DNA from: Myxococcota bacterium
Lineage (GTDB): Bacteria; Myxococcota; XYA12-FULL-58-9; JABJBS01
Direction: 5' to 3'
DNA length: 64,000 nt
Assembly (NCBI GenBank): GCA_036339465.1
Contig: JAYZAY010000033.1
Coordinates: 1 to 64,000 of the forward strand
Below, piece after piece: positions 10,501 to 19,980 of this stretch; positions within the stretch are counted from its first letter, which is position 1; the number at the start of each line of letters is the position of its first letter. The notes beneath the pieces are model-generated. The model was given only the letters and a program-made list of their open reading frames with translations. It did not search any database and was not told the DNA's origin. The position numbers and the translations under genes are program-made.

Positions 10501-11172
10501 CTAAAAAAAGCGATTCTCTATCAATTCCATCACCCTTAACAGCACTTCCTCAAATCCCATGGCAGTCGTATCGATCCGAATAGCATCATCAGCCGCCCTT
10601 AAAGGTGCAATAGCCCTAGAGCTATCACTCAAATCCCGAACCTTAAGGGCTTCGAGAATTGTCTTTTGATCCGCCGGTTCTCCCCGGGCGAGAAGCTCAG
10701 CCGCACGCCGACTCGCTCGAACCTCCGGACTCGCTTCAATAAATAGCTTCAGCTTAGCCTCAGGAAAAACCACAGTACCGATATCCCTCCCTTCCAACAC
10801 CGCCGGACCAGGATTGGCCGCCCGCCGTTGCTGTAATACGAGTGCCTCTCGCACCTCTGAATGTCGCGACACCACCGATGCCCCCTGAGAAATCTCTTCG
10901 GTTCGAATCCGTTCGGTAACGTCGTTATGGTTTACAAAGACTCTATTCACTTCACCTTCAAACTCAAACCGAAAATCCAGATTTGCCACCAGTGATTTTA
11001 AACAAGCACCATTGCGCCAATCCAAACCCTCCTCTAAAGCTAAAAGAGCTACTGTCCGATACATTGCTCCCGTATCGACCAAAGAAAAACTTTTGGTCTG
11101 TGACACCGACCGAGCAATAGAACTTTTCCCCGAACCTGCAGGACCATCAATCGCAACTACATTTGAAGCCAT
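10501..11172 (-). CDS. cmk: cytidylate kinase
   Basis: AIDGPAGSGKS, DTGAMYR, EGRDIGTVVFP. Confidence 0.96.
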   Translation of the reverse strand: MASNVVAIDGPAGSGKSSIARSVSQTKSFSLVDTGAMYRTVALLALEEGLDWRNGACLKSLVANLDFRFEFEGEVNRVFVNHNDVTERIRTEEISQGASVVSRHSEVREALVLQQRRAANPGPAVLEGRDIGTVVFPEAKLKLFIEASPEVRASRRAAELLARGEPADQKTILEALKVRDLSDSSRAIAPLRAADDAIRIDTTAMGFEEVLLRVMELIENRFF

Positions 11173-11250
11173 GGGGACTTTGCTTATCTTTCTATTCCAT
11201 GAACAATCAAGGGGTCCCCTAAAAACACAAACGAATCTACACCGAGGACT

Positions 11251-12588
11251 TCATGGATCGATCTTAAATTTGGCACCCAATCGGGTCCCGTGCTCAACAA
11301 AGTCCGGATAAGAAACCGACGCAATTTGGAAATTGCGTAAATGGCTGGTGCCACTCGCGGCCATGGCCAAAACAGCCCCTGTTAAAGCAATTCGGTGATC
11401 CGTTCCGACATCTATATCCGCAGCCTGTAACTGAACGGGCCCAAAAACCTGGAAACCATCATCGAATTCTTCCACCTCTGCTCCAAAAGCGCGCAGTAGG
11501 CGTGCAGTTTCCTCGATCCGATCGGACTCCTTCACTCGAAGTTCACGCGCATTCGCGACCGTTAATCTTCCCTTAATACCGGTCCCCAAGGCCGCCAAAC
11601 ACACCAATTCGTCAATAAGGGTGGGAATAATGGGTCCGGAAATATCTAAATCCATGTCGGGAAGCTCGGCTTTTCTTTTTATAATCACCGTACCAATACT
11701 CTCTCCCCACCTATCCCCTTCCACCTTTACCTCTAAATCGGCACCCAAATCCCGCAGTACTCTGAGAACCCCATCTCTACTGGAATTAAGCCCCACAGAC
11801 CGTAACGTTAATCCTGAATTAGGGATCAGTTGAGCTGCCACCAGCCAAAAAGCCGCCGACGAGATGTCTCCTGGAACGTTAAATTCAGGAGTTGGCGGCT
11901 TAAGTTCACCTATAAAAGGAGCCGTCAATTGAATGCGATTCGGCGCACCACCCGAAGAGCGAATTCCCGCCCCCATCGCTTTGAGCATACATTCGGTATG
12001 GGTTCGTGATTCATGAGGCTCTCGTACTTCCACCTCTTTTTCTGCGCATAAACCAGCCAAAAGAAGTGCACTTTTAACCTGCGCACTCGCAACACCCTGC
12101 TCCCAAACACCACCCGCGAAGCTTCCTCTCTGAACCGAGAGAGGTGGTCGTTCTTTTTCTCCGATCATAACACCAGAAATAGACCCACCACACGCCCGCA
12201 AGGGTTTTCCAACCCGAGCCATCGGTCGAATAGAAAGAGATTCGTCCCCCGTGAGTGAAGCCGCGATTCCCGCCCCCACTAAAATACCACTTAATAGACG
12301 GATTGTGGTGCCACTATTACCACAATCGATCGGCAAATCAGAGCTGCTAAGGGTTTCCAATCCCCCTTCTCCAATGAACCAGCCACCTTCAACTTCTTGG
12401 ATATTGGCTCCAAGGGAACGCATGGCTTGGGCCGTGCTGTAGTTATCTGCGCCCGCACCATCGGCCTTAACGGTCACTGCCTGCTTAAGCAAACTTCCTA
12501 ACATAAGACCACGATGGGTCAGCGATTTATCTGCAGGGATCTCAATTTCACCTTGCAGGGGAGACCCACCTTCCACGATGAGATCCAT
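11251..12588 (-). CDS. aroA: EPSP synthase
   Basis: DKSLTHR, DCGNSGTTIR, SAQVKSA, LRVKESDRI, DHRIA. Confidence 0.96.
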   Translation of the reverse strand: MDLIVEGGSPLQGEIEIPADKSLTHRGLMLGSLLKQAVTVKADGAGADNYSTAQAMRSLGANIQEVEGGWFIGEGGLETLSSSDLPIDCGNSGTTIRLLSGILVGAGIAASLTGDESLSIRPMARVGKPLRACGGSISGVMIGEKERPPLSVQRGSFAGGVWEQGVASAQVKSALLLAGLCAEKEVEVREPHESRTHTECMLKAMGAGIRSSGGAPNRIQLTAPFIGELKPPTPEFNVPGDISSAAFWLVAAQLIPNSGLTLRSVGLNSSRDGVLRVLRDLGADLEVKVEGDRWGESIGTVIIKRKAELPDMDLDISGPIIPTLIDELVCLAALGTGIKGRLTVANARELRVKESDRIEETARLLRAFGAEVEEFDDGFQVFGPVQLQAADIDVGTDHRIALTGAVLAMAASGTSHLRNFQIASVSYPDFVEHGTRLGAKFKIDP

Positions 12589-13682
12589 TAAGATGTTTCC
12601 AGAGTTTCAATGGCTTTGAAGAGTTTGTTATTTTGCTCAGGCGTTCCAATGGTGATCCGTGCAGAATGCGGAAAGCCGTAACCCTGCATTGGGCGAACGA
12701 TAACCCCTTGCCTCAAAAGTCGGTCAAATAGCGGACCCACGTCCTGGCCAAAATCAGCCAAGACAAAATTTGCTTGACTGGGAGTACATTTGATCCTCAG
12801 CTGCGTTAACCCCTCGACGACTCGACCCATTTCTTTTCGGTTAAGGTCACAAGCTTTTTGAACATGTTCCTGATCATCCAAAGCAGCCAATGCCCCCACC
12901 TGGGCCAGAGAATTCACATTAAAAGGTTGGCGGCCACGATTCAGAAAATCAATGAGTTCCCCATTCCCTACGGCATAACCAATACGGAGTCCGGCAAGAC
13001 CGTAGCATTTTGAAAAAGTTCGGGTCACTACCAGCCGTTCCCGGTTCGCCAGATACTCTAGCCCATTGGGGTAATCCGGTGCTGTCGCGTATTCAAAATA
13101 AGCTTCATCCAAAACCACCAAAACATGTTCCGGAACTTGTGCCAAAAATGACTCCAAGGATTTGCGCCCAATATAGGTCCCCGTAGGATTGTTTGGATTG
13201 GCCACAAACACCAATTTCGTTTTTTCATCCATTACTTCTAAAACAGCATCAAGATTGTACTCCAATTCGGAAGTGAGGGGTACCTCTCGGATGTTTGCAT
13301 TGGCGCTAAGTCCACATAGTTTGTAGACAATAAATGTTCCTGGTACATAAATCATATGCTCGTCGGGGCGGAGACAAGTACGGATAATCATCTCCAACAA
13401 TTCATTTGTTCCGTTTCCTACAATGAGCTGCTCAGTAGAAAAACCGAGAAAACGAGATAAGCGCTCCTTGAAATAATAAGCACCTCCATCGGGGTAATCA
13501 TGCAAACCCGACAAAGCACATTGAATGGCTTCAACGGCTTTTGGAGAAGGGCCTAAAGGATTCTCGTTCGAAGCAAGTTTAACGACCCCTTCCAGTCCCA
13601 ATTCACGTTCGGTTTCACTGATTGGCTTCCCTGGAACATAGGGTTTCAATGTGAAAAAGGGCTCGTTGACCAACGGTAACAT
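12588..13682 (-). CDS. hisC: histidinol-phosphate aminotransferase
   Basis: KLASNENP, NPNNPTG, DEAY, RTFSK.YGLAGLRIGY. Confidence 0.95.
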   Translation of the reverse strand: MLPLVNEPFFTLKPYVPGKPISETERELGLEGVVKLASNENPLGPSPKAVEAIQCALSGLHDYPDGGAYYFKERLSRFLGFSTEQLIVGNGTNELLEMIIRTCLRPDEHMIYVPGTFIVYKLCGLSANANIREVPLTSELEYNLDAVLEVMDEKTKLVFVANPNNPTGTYIGRKSLESFLAQVPEHVLVVLDEAYFEYATAPDYPNGLEYLANRERLVVTRTFSKCYGLAGLRIGYAVGNGELIDFLNRGRQPFNVNSLAQVGALAALDDQEHVQKACDLNRKEMGRVVEGLTQLRIKCTPSQANFVLADFGQDVGPLFDRLLRQGVIVRPMQGYGFPHSARITIGTPEQNNKLFKAIETLETS

Positions 13683-13700
13683 GACACTAACTCCTTCATT

Positions 13701-14870
13701 TTATGGGAGGGGGCCCTCGATCACCCCGCCCCGAGGATAGGAACCCAACACTCGAATAAACACACAAGTTTCCTTTAGTTTCTCAATGGCCACAGAAACT
13801 TGGTCCTCGGCCTTATGCCCAACCAAATCGATAAAAAACAGATATTCCCATGCTCTTTGGCGAGACGGCCTTGACTCAATTCGAGATAAATTAATCCCAG
13901 ACGACGCAAAAGGGGACAGGGCATCATAAAGCACACCCGGACGGTCCTTCAGGGAAAACATAATCGAGGTTCGGTCATCTTCTGTGGGAGCCATTTCTCG
14001 GTCACCAACCACCAGAAACCGTGTCAGATTCCCTTGTAAATCCTCTACTCGGCTGTGGGCAATTTGCAATCCATGAATAGACGCCGCCAAATCACTGGCC
14101 ACCGCGGCCGCGGTTGGGTCCTCCGAGGCCAATTGAGCAGCTCTGGCCGTTGAAGAAACATCGATAAGAGGAATGCCTGCCATATTGTGTTCCAACCACT
14201 TACGACATTGAGCCAAAGCCTGTGGGTGTGAATAGACCTTGCTTACTGCCCCCATATCGCCAGTCACCGTAAGTAAATGGTGATTCACTTGTAAAAGAAC
14301 CTCCGCACAAATGGACAATCGACTGACCATGAAGGCATCTAACGTATGGTTGACAACTCCCTCCGTGGAATTCTCAATGGGGACAACGCCAAACTCAGCT
14401 CTACCCCGCTCGACGTCGTCAAAAATATCAGAAATTGTTTGCTTCGGGAGCAGCTTGGCACTGAGCCCAAAATGACTCTTCGTCGCCGTATGGGTAAAGG
14501 TACCTTCCGGTCCCAAATAAGAAACCTTGAGCGGACTTTCCAGGGACAAACACGCACTGATGATTTCCTTGTAAATCATCCTCAAGGAACCATTGGGAAG
14601 AGGGCCTGGATTTGAATCCAGTAGCCGACTCAAAAGCTGCCGTTCACGCTCGGGTGCATAAGCCTGCTGTGAATAAGTCGCTTTGACCCGCCCCACATCC
14701 TGAGCGACCGCAGCACGCTTGTTTAAAAGCCCAATGATTTGATTGTCTAACCCGTCGATCTCTACCCTATAACCCTGAAGGTCCGCCTGCGCTTGGGCCT
14801 TCGGATCGGCGAGTTTCTTGGCATCTGTCGATGACTCGTTTTCTTGATGCCCAGACATGAAAAGCCTCAT
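13701..14870 (-). CDS. pheA: chorismate mutase / prephenate dehydratase (P-protein)
   Basis: N-terminal CM domain; YLGPEGTFT, VVPIENSTEG, TRF; ACT domain SRIESRP. Confidence 0.95.
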   Translation of the reverse strand: MRLFMSGHQENESSTDAKKLADPKAQAQADLQGYRVEIDGLDNQIIGLLNKRAAVAQDVGRVKATYSQQAYAPERERQLLSRLLDSNPGPLPNGSLRMIYKEIISACLSLESPLKVSYLGPEGTFTHTATKSHFGLSAKLLPKQTISDIFDDVERGRAEFGVVPIENSTEGVVNHTLDAFMVSRLSICAEVLLQVNHHLLTVTGDMGAVSKVYSHPQALAQCRKWLEHNMAGIPLIDVSSTARAAQLASEDPTAAAVASDLAASIHGLQIAHSRVEDLQGNLTRFLVVGDREMAPTEDDRTSIMFSLKDRPGVLYDALSPFASSGINLSRIESRPSRQRAWEYLFFIDLVGHKAEDQVSVAIEKLKETCVFIRVLGSYPRGGVIEGPLP

Positions 14871-14929
14871 ACCTTAGGGAATCTTTAAATCCAACCAGCC
14901 TGGAGCAAAAAGGCGGTCAATCCCCGTGC

Positions 14930-15880
14930 CTATAACCCCAATCGCTGACACATCGCTTTTCCAAAATCCGCAGCAAAAACATCAAAATCTAGGCCCACAG
15001 AAAGCTTTTCCAGGGCCCGCTCCTTGCGAAACCATGTGCGTTGCCTTCGGGCATAGGTCCAGGTAGATTTGAAAATTCTTTTCTCCAGATCATCCGAGGT
15101 AGCCCGGCCTTCTAGCAAAGCACAAAGTTCCCGGTAGCCTACCGCTTTCATGGGTGTACAGTCAGAAGAAACCCCCTCATCCAATAGACCTTTCACTTCT
15201 TCGCGCCAACCAGACTTGAACATGGCCTCGAGCCTCGCCCGGATACGCGCCCGAAGGATCTCCGGAGACCACGCCAACTCAAAAACCCACATAGGAACCT
15301 GTTCTTCAGAAAAACCATGGGCTCTTCTGAGTTCGCTCGCCTTTTGCCCCGTGGATAAATAGATTTCCAAGGCGCGACTTAAATGCCGTATATTCCCTGG
15401 AGCCGTTTGCTCAGCACTCTCCGGATCCACCTCATGCAGACGTTTCCACAAAGATCCTGAATTGACCTTTTCATCTGCTTCCAAGGCCTCCCTCAAGGCA
15501 ATATCTGAGGCAGGTGCGTCAATGACCCCCCATCGTAACAGCCGTAAATAAAGCCCCGTACCACCCACAAGAACCACCGAGTCTTTGCCGTCCGCTTTGA
15601 GTGCTCGTAAAACTTTCAATGCCTCGCGTCGGTATTGCTCGGCATCAAACCGATTGTCCCAATCCACCATATCGATTAAATGATGCGGAACCAAAGCCCG
15701 GTCTTCAGAGGTCGGCTTCGCACTTCCTATATTGAATTTCCGATAAACCTGCACGGAATCACAACTTAATATATGGGTATCTAAGACCTGGGCCAAAGCC
15801 ATTCCCAACGCGCTCTTGCCCGAACCAGTGGGCCCCACCAATGCAATGACTTGGGGATATTCACTCGAATTCGCTGTCAC
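14930..15880 (-). CDS. miaA: tRNA dimethylallyltransferase
   Basis: GPTGSGKS, DSVQVY..IGSAKP, VGGTGLY, YARRQRTWF. GTG start overlaps the upstream stop (GTGA). Confidence 0.95.
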   Translation of the reverse strand: MTANSSEYPQVIALVGPTGSGKSALGMALAQVLDTHILSCDSVQVYRKFNIGSAKPTSEDRALVPHHLIDMVDWDNRFDAEQYRREALKVLRALKADGKDSVVLVGGTGLYLRLLRWGVIDAPASDIALREALEADEKVNSGSLWKRLHEVDPESAEQTAPGNIRHLSRALEIYLSTGQKASELRRAHGFSEEQVPMWVFELAWSPEILRARIRARLEAMFKSGWREEVKGLLDEGVSSDCTPMKAVGYRELCALLEGRATSDDLEKRIFKSTWTYARRQRTWFRKERALEKLSVGLDFDVFAADFGKAMCQRLGL

Positions 15881-16587
15881 GTAAGCAAACCCAAATTCGC
15901 CAATTGCTTTTCCGCAGCTTCCGCCCAACCACGATTGGCGATGGGACTGGCCGGACTGGGATGTAGAATACGTCCAATTTGGACGTCGGTATCATTGAGT
16001 GCAACCTTAGCCCGACCTTCAGCAAAGGCACCGATACCAACCACCCATTTAGCACCATAATACCGCACTAACTTCCTAAGGCCCTCATCACATATATCAA
16101 ATACAGCCTTTTGCTCATGCCGAGGAAGCTTATCGGGGGTCCTATTTTTCCCTGACTCCTCCATAAATACGAGGGGACAATAATTGACGACAAAAAAGCG
16201 GTCGAAAAAACGTTTTGGCGTCTCAAATCGGGTTTTCGCCCAGCCCCAAAGTCGCGCCCCGCTAACTTCGCTACGGGTACAATCAAATCCTTGAATCGGT
16301 CGTTTTGGGTGCTCTACGACCGGCTTGTTAACCTGACCTTGAATTCCCAACCAATCCCGTACAAAACCAATCTCTCCGAAAGGCACACCCGTTTGAGCCA
16401 TACCCCACGGCCCTGGGTTCATCCCTAAAAACAAGATTTCGCGGTGGTCTTCCCCAAACTTACCCAAATAATCACACAAAGGAGCTTTGGCATAGGACAG
16501 AGGATTGTAAACACAAGCAACGGGCTCAGAAAACAAAAGTTTGTCGAGTTCTTTGGTCATCCAGTTCGATACACGTATAGGCTTCAT
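15877..16587 (-). CDS. SMUG1-family single-strand-selective uracil-DNA glycosylase
   Basis: Family-3 UDG motifs GMNPGPWGMAQTGVPFG, SEVSG.RLW, NYCPL, HPSPASP. Confidence 0.93.
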   Translation of the reverse strand: MKPIRVSNWMTKELDKLLFSEPVACVYNPLSYAKAPLCDYLGKFGEDHREILFLGMNPGPWGMAQTGVPFGEIGFVRDWLGIQGQVNKPVVEHPKRPIQGFDCTRSEVSGARLWGWAKTRFETPKRFFDRFFVVNYCPLVFMEESGKNRTPDKLPRHEQKAVFDICDEGLRKLVRYYGAKWVVGIGAFAEGRAKVALNDTDVQIGRILHPSPASPIANRGWAEAAEKQLANLGLLT

Positions 16588-16666
16588 ACATCCTCTGACT
16601 ACCAGGGGAAACTTCTAAAGAAAAGACCTACCGGATGGGGATTTTGTGCCCCACCAAACCAAAAAG

Positions 16667-17083
16667 TCACCCCTCAACCACGCCAGAAAGTGTCGCCTCT
16701 GCGATGGTTAGCCCATCGTAACGCACATGACCAATACCACAAAGGAGCTTAAGTTTCGCTCGGCGTAGCCCAACCTCAATCTCCAAGCGTTGATTGGGAA
16801 AGGCTGGGTGACGAAATCGGGCCTCCTTGATTCCCACAAGAAGCACCGATTTTTTATCGGGATTTTCCAATAAGTACCCATAGGCCAAAGCCTGGGCCAT
16901 GGCCTCTACCAAAAAAACACCCGGTACAATGGGGCGACTTGGGAAATGCCCCTGAAAGGCTAGGTGCTCTTCATCCAAGAGCATGTGGGCAGTGATTCGA
17001 TCGGCAGTACATTGCGTGACCCTATCTAGGAGAAGCATGGGCTTCCGATGGGGTAGAATTTCAGTAGGTAACGGTAAACTCAT
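16667..17083 (-). CDS. fabZ: 3-hydroxyacyl-ACP dehydratase, FabZ family
   Basis: LPHR.PMLLLDRV, GHFP.RPIVPGVFLVEAMAQ. Confidence 0.82.
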   Translation of the reverse strand: MSLPLPTEILPHRKPMLLLDRVTQCTADRITAHMLLDEEHLAFQGHFPSRPIVPGVFLVEAMAQALAYGYLLENPDKKSVLLVGIKEARFRHPAFPNQRLEIEVGLRRAKLKLLCGIGHVRYDGLTIAEATLSGVVEG

Positions 17084-17210
17084 GAACAACCAAAAAAAAA
17101 AGTCTGTCTCAGTATTTTGTAGAAAAGTCCGTCTCGGCATTTTGTAGAAAAAGCATGTGAACGTCAATGACTACCTTTGATTCAAAACCGGAGCCCCAAC
17201 CAATACGCCC

Positions 17211-17933
17211 CTAAGTATAAAGCCCACCATTCACTGAAATGACCTGCCCTGTCACATAACCTGCACCTTCGGAACAAAGATAGGATACCGCCGCACCCAC
17301 TTCTTGAGGCTTACCCAACCGCCCCAATGGAATCATCTTCAATAAATTTTCCTTGGCATCGTCGGTGACCATCTCGGTTTCAATCAACCCCGGAGCCACT
17401 GCGTTGACAGTAATACCTCGGTTGGCGACCTCAAGCGCCAAGGCCTTCGTGGCACCAACCAATCCAGCCTTACTCGCCGCGTAATTAACTTGGCCTGGAT
17501 TACCCCGCTGTCCCGAAGTCGAAGCAATGGAAACAATCCTACCCCGGCGTTCTTTAAGCATCACTCTCAAAAGCGGTCGGGTCACCAAATAAAAACCACG
17601 TAAGTTGGTATCTAAGACACTGTCCCAGTCTGAGGTTTTCATGGCGATAAATAATTTATCCCGCGCAATCCCTGCATTGTTGATCAGGATGTAAGGCGCC
17701 CCACGCTCCCCAATCAGGTCCTTCAGCGCCCCGCCAACGGACTCTTCACTGGACATATCAAATTGTACGATAGAAGCCTTGCCACCGGATCCCACAAGGT
17801 CGTCGCGAAGCTTTTCTGCTGCTGCCTGATTTCGATTATAGTGTAAAACTAAATCATAACCATCTAGGCTAAGGGCTTTCGCGATGCCCCCACCAATGCC
17901 GCCGCTGGCCCCCGTAATAAGCGCATAGGACAT
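17211..17933 (-). CDS. fabG: 3-oxoacyl-ACP reductase, FabG family
   Basis: TGASGGIG, NNAGI, GQVNYAASKAG, VAPGLIETEM; GGGGAGG RBS. Confidence 0.85.
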   Translation of the reverse strand: MSYALITGASGGIGGGIAKALSLDGYDLVLHYNRNQAAAEKLRDDLVGSGGKASIVQFDMSSEESVGGALKDLIGERGAPYILINNAGIARDKLFIAMKTSDWDSVLDTNLRGFYLVTRPLLRVMLKERRGRIVSIASTSGQRGNPGQVNYAASKAGLVGATKALALEVANRGITVNAVAPGLIETEMVTDDAKENLLKMIPLGRLGKPQEVGAAVSYLCSEGAGYVTGQVISVNGGLYT

Positions 17934-18011
17934 TTCATACCTCCCCGTGCCTTGAAGAGCGACATCCCCCTTCAAAAAACCCTTTGCACAAATTCGCCCA
18001 TGAAGTCCAAG

Positions 18012-19397
18012 CTATTCGACGTAGCCCAACGCCCGTAGGGACGCCATATCTTGATTTGTGGGAGCCCTGGTTTTAATTTGGCGGCCACCTTTGAGAAAAC
18101 GCTTCAGGGATTTCTTTAACTCACGGGCATCTTTGCGACGTAAATTGACCCGCTTAGATGCATCCGGATCCCGCAACAAATCATAATACTCATACCGCCC
18201 ACGCTTGATTGGATAGGCAGGAAATTGCCTGCTGTCTTTACGGTGATAGACCAGTAGGCCTTCTTTCGAACGCGCCGCGACCTGTTGAGCAAAAAGATGC
18301 TCACTAAACACCACGTCGCGCCCCTTAACCAATCCGTCGACCAACGGCTTTAGGTCCCGTCCCCGCATGGTCCCTGGAACCTTCGCTCCCACCATGGACA
18401 AAATCGTCGGCGCAATATCAATGGTCTGAACAAGATCACGGCTCCTCTTTGCTTCCAATTTGGGCCCGGAAATTAAAAGAGGCACGTGTGTGGTCTCACG
18501 ATAGAGACCCCCGTGATGGAAAAACTGTTTTCTCTCCCCTAGATTCTCCCCATGATCACTGGTGAACACAATGTAGGTGCTATTAGAAGCCCCAATAACC
18601 CCTAACCCATCCCGTATACGTGCCAACGCCGCATCAACCACTTCTACTTCAGTCACATAACGCTTGAGAAGAACATCCGTACGACGAAACTTTCGAAAAA
18701 CCTGTTGGAACCATTCATTTTTCTTTTGAAAGCCCGGTGAATATTTCCGCACTCGATACATCGCTTCAGAAATACCCAAGGGAGCTTTGGGGGAAAGGTA
18801 ATCGTGGGATTTAATATAGGGCGCATGGGGATCGGTCATGTGTATCCAAACGAAAAATGGCTTATTGGTTTCACGGAGCTCCATAATCACCTTGAGACCC
18901 ATTTCGGCCATTTCCAATGCACCTCTTTCTTCGGAAGTCGATTCGATGATTTTATCGAAGCCCTGTCCCAAATTCGAAACATTTGGATTTAAGTGGGGAA
19001 AATTAATCACCGCGCCGGTAGCATAACCTGCGGTCTTCAAAAGCTCAGCAATCGTATCCATGTCATCGCTGATACCACGGGAGTTACTATAGACCCCGTG
19101 GTCCACAGAATAAGTCGAAGTCATGATAGATGCATGGGAAGGGTTTGTAAGCATTGAAGTAGAAAAGCAATTTTCAAACACCCAACCGTTTTGGGCCATC
19201 TCATTCAAGGTTGGCGTCAAAGCCGGTCCCCCGTTCAGCCCCGCCACGTCACCACGCATCGTATCGGCGGTGATCAAAATGAAACTGGGGAGAATTCTCT
19301 TTTGGTCTTCTGCATTGGCAACACCACTTAGAAGTCCCACTTGAAATATCAACAACACCCCCAACCGAATAAATTGTCCAAAGAAAGCTCTCATCAT
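18012..19397 (-). CDS. sulfatase-like hydrolase/transferase (alkaline phosphatase superfamily)
   Basis: Signal peptide; ADTMR.D, TNPSHAS, DPHAPY, SDHGE, DIAPTIL; C-terminal LRALGY. Confidence 0.88.
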   Translation of the reverse strand: MMRAFFGQFIRLGVLLIFQVGLLSGVANAEDQKRILPSFILITADTMRGDVAGLNGGPALTPTLNEMAQNGWVFENCFSTSMLTNPSHASIMTSTYSVDHGVYSNSRGISDDMDTIAELLKTAGYATGAVINFPHLNPNVSNLGQGFDKIIESTSEERGALEMAEMGLKVIMELRETNKPFFVWIHMTDPHAPYIKSHDYLSPKAPLGISEAMYRVRKYSPGFQKKNEWFQQVFRKFRRTDVLLKRYVTEVEVVDAALARIRDGLGVIGASNSTYIVFTSDHGENLGERKQFFHHGGLYRETTHVPLLISGPKLEAKRSRDLVQTIDIAPTILSMVGAKVPGTMRGRDLKPLVDGLVKGRDVVFSEHLFAQQVAARSKEGLLVYHRKDSRQFPAYPIKRGRYEYYDLLRDPDASKRVNLRRKDARELKKSLKRFLKGGRQIKTRAPTNQDMASLRALGYVE

Positions 19398-19497
19398 ATT
19401 CCCTTAAGATTTTAGGGCCAAGCCACATGGGCTCAGGCCACCCTCACATAACCCACTCTCTCTATGTCAAATTCAATCAAAGGCAAGAAAATCTGGA

Positions 19498-19938
19498 TTA
19501 TCCATCAAAGCCATGTTCATCCAAGAGCATGGAGACGGCATGGGCTAGGGATTTCGCCATCATTCCACGTTGGAACGCTTCCTCACAACACGCCATAAAT
19601 CCAATGCCAACCTGGAGTGTGGTGGTTCGGTCTCGAGCCGCCAACCAACCGGCCAACACCCCAAGTGCATCCAAAAAATCCCCCTCACTCACCGAGGAAG
19701 CTCCCGCTTCATGCCGTAAAAACGCCAAGGGTGCTTCGGTGTGCCCTTTTTCGATGGCCAGATGCACGAAGACACGGTGGATCCACGCAGCGCTGGGACA
19801 AACACCCATAAACCAAATCAGGTCGTCGCGCGCAAAAGAAAAACTCTTGAGCTTACCGAGCCCCATGACCCAAGCTTGCTGCTCAAATCGGCTTCCCGCA
19901 GACCGCTTTCGGACCAACGCTAATAGCCACGTTTCCAA
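19498..19938 (-). CDS. hypothetical protein
   Basis: 146-aa ORF co-oriented between metH and the sulfatase-like gene; GAGGG upstream. Confidence 0.5.
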   Translation of the reverse strand: METWLLALVRKRSAGSRFEQQAWVMGLGKLKSFSFARDDLIWFMGVCPSAAWIHRVFVHLAIEKGHTEAPLAFLRHEAGASSVSEGDFLDALGVLAGWLAARDRTTTLQVGIGFMACCEEAFQRGMMAKSLAHAVSMLLDEHGFDG

Positions 19939-19980
19939 TGCTAGACCCTCATCCTCTGGAATCCAATTCTAGAATCCGAC

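Noticed and set aside
17985..18000. Sigma-54 motif upstream of fabG (TGGGCGAATTTGTGCA)
   Set aside because: Spacing is right but the -24 element is poor; likely chance.
19427..19972. 181-aa plus-strand ORF
   Set aside because: It is antisense to a co-oriented operon gene and has low-complexity Ser/Ala/Pro composition; treated as a shadow ORF, like most short overlapping ORFs in the track.
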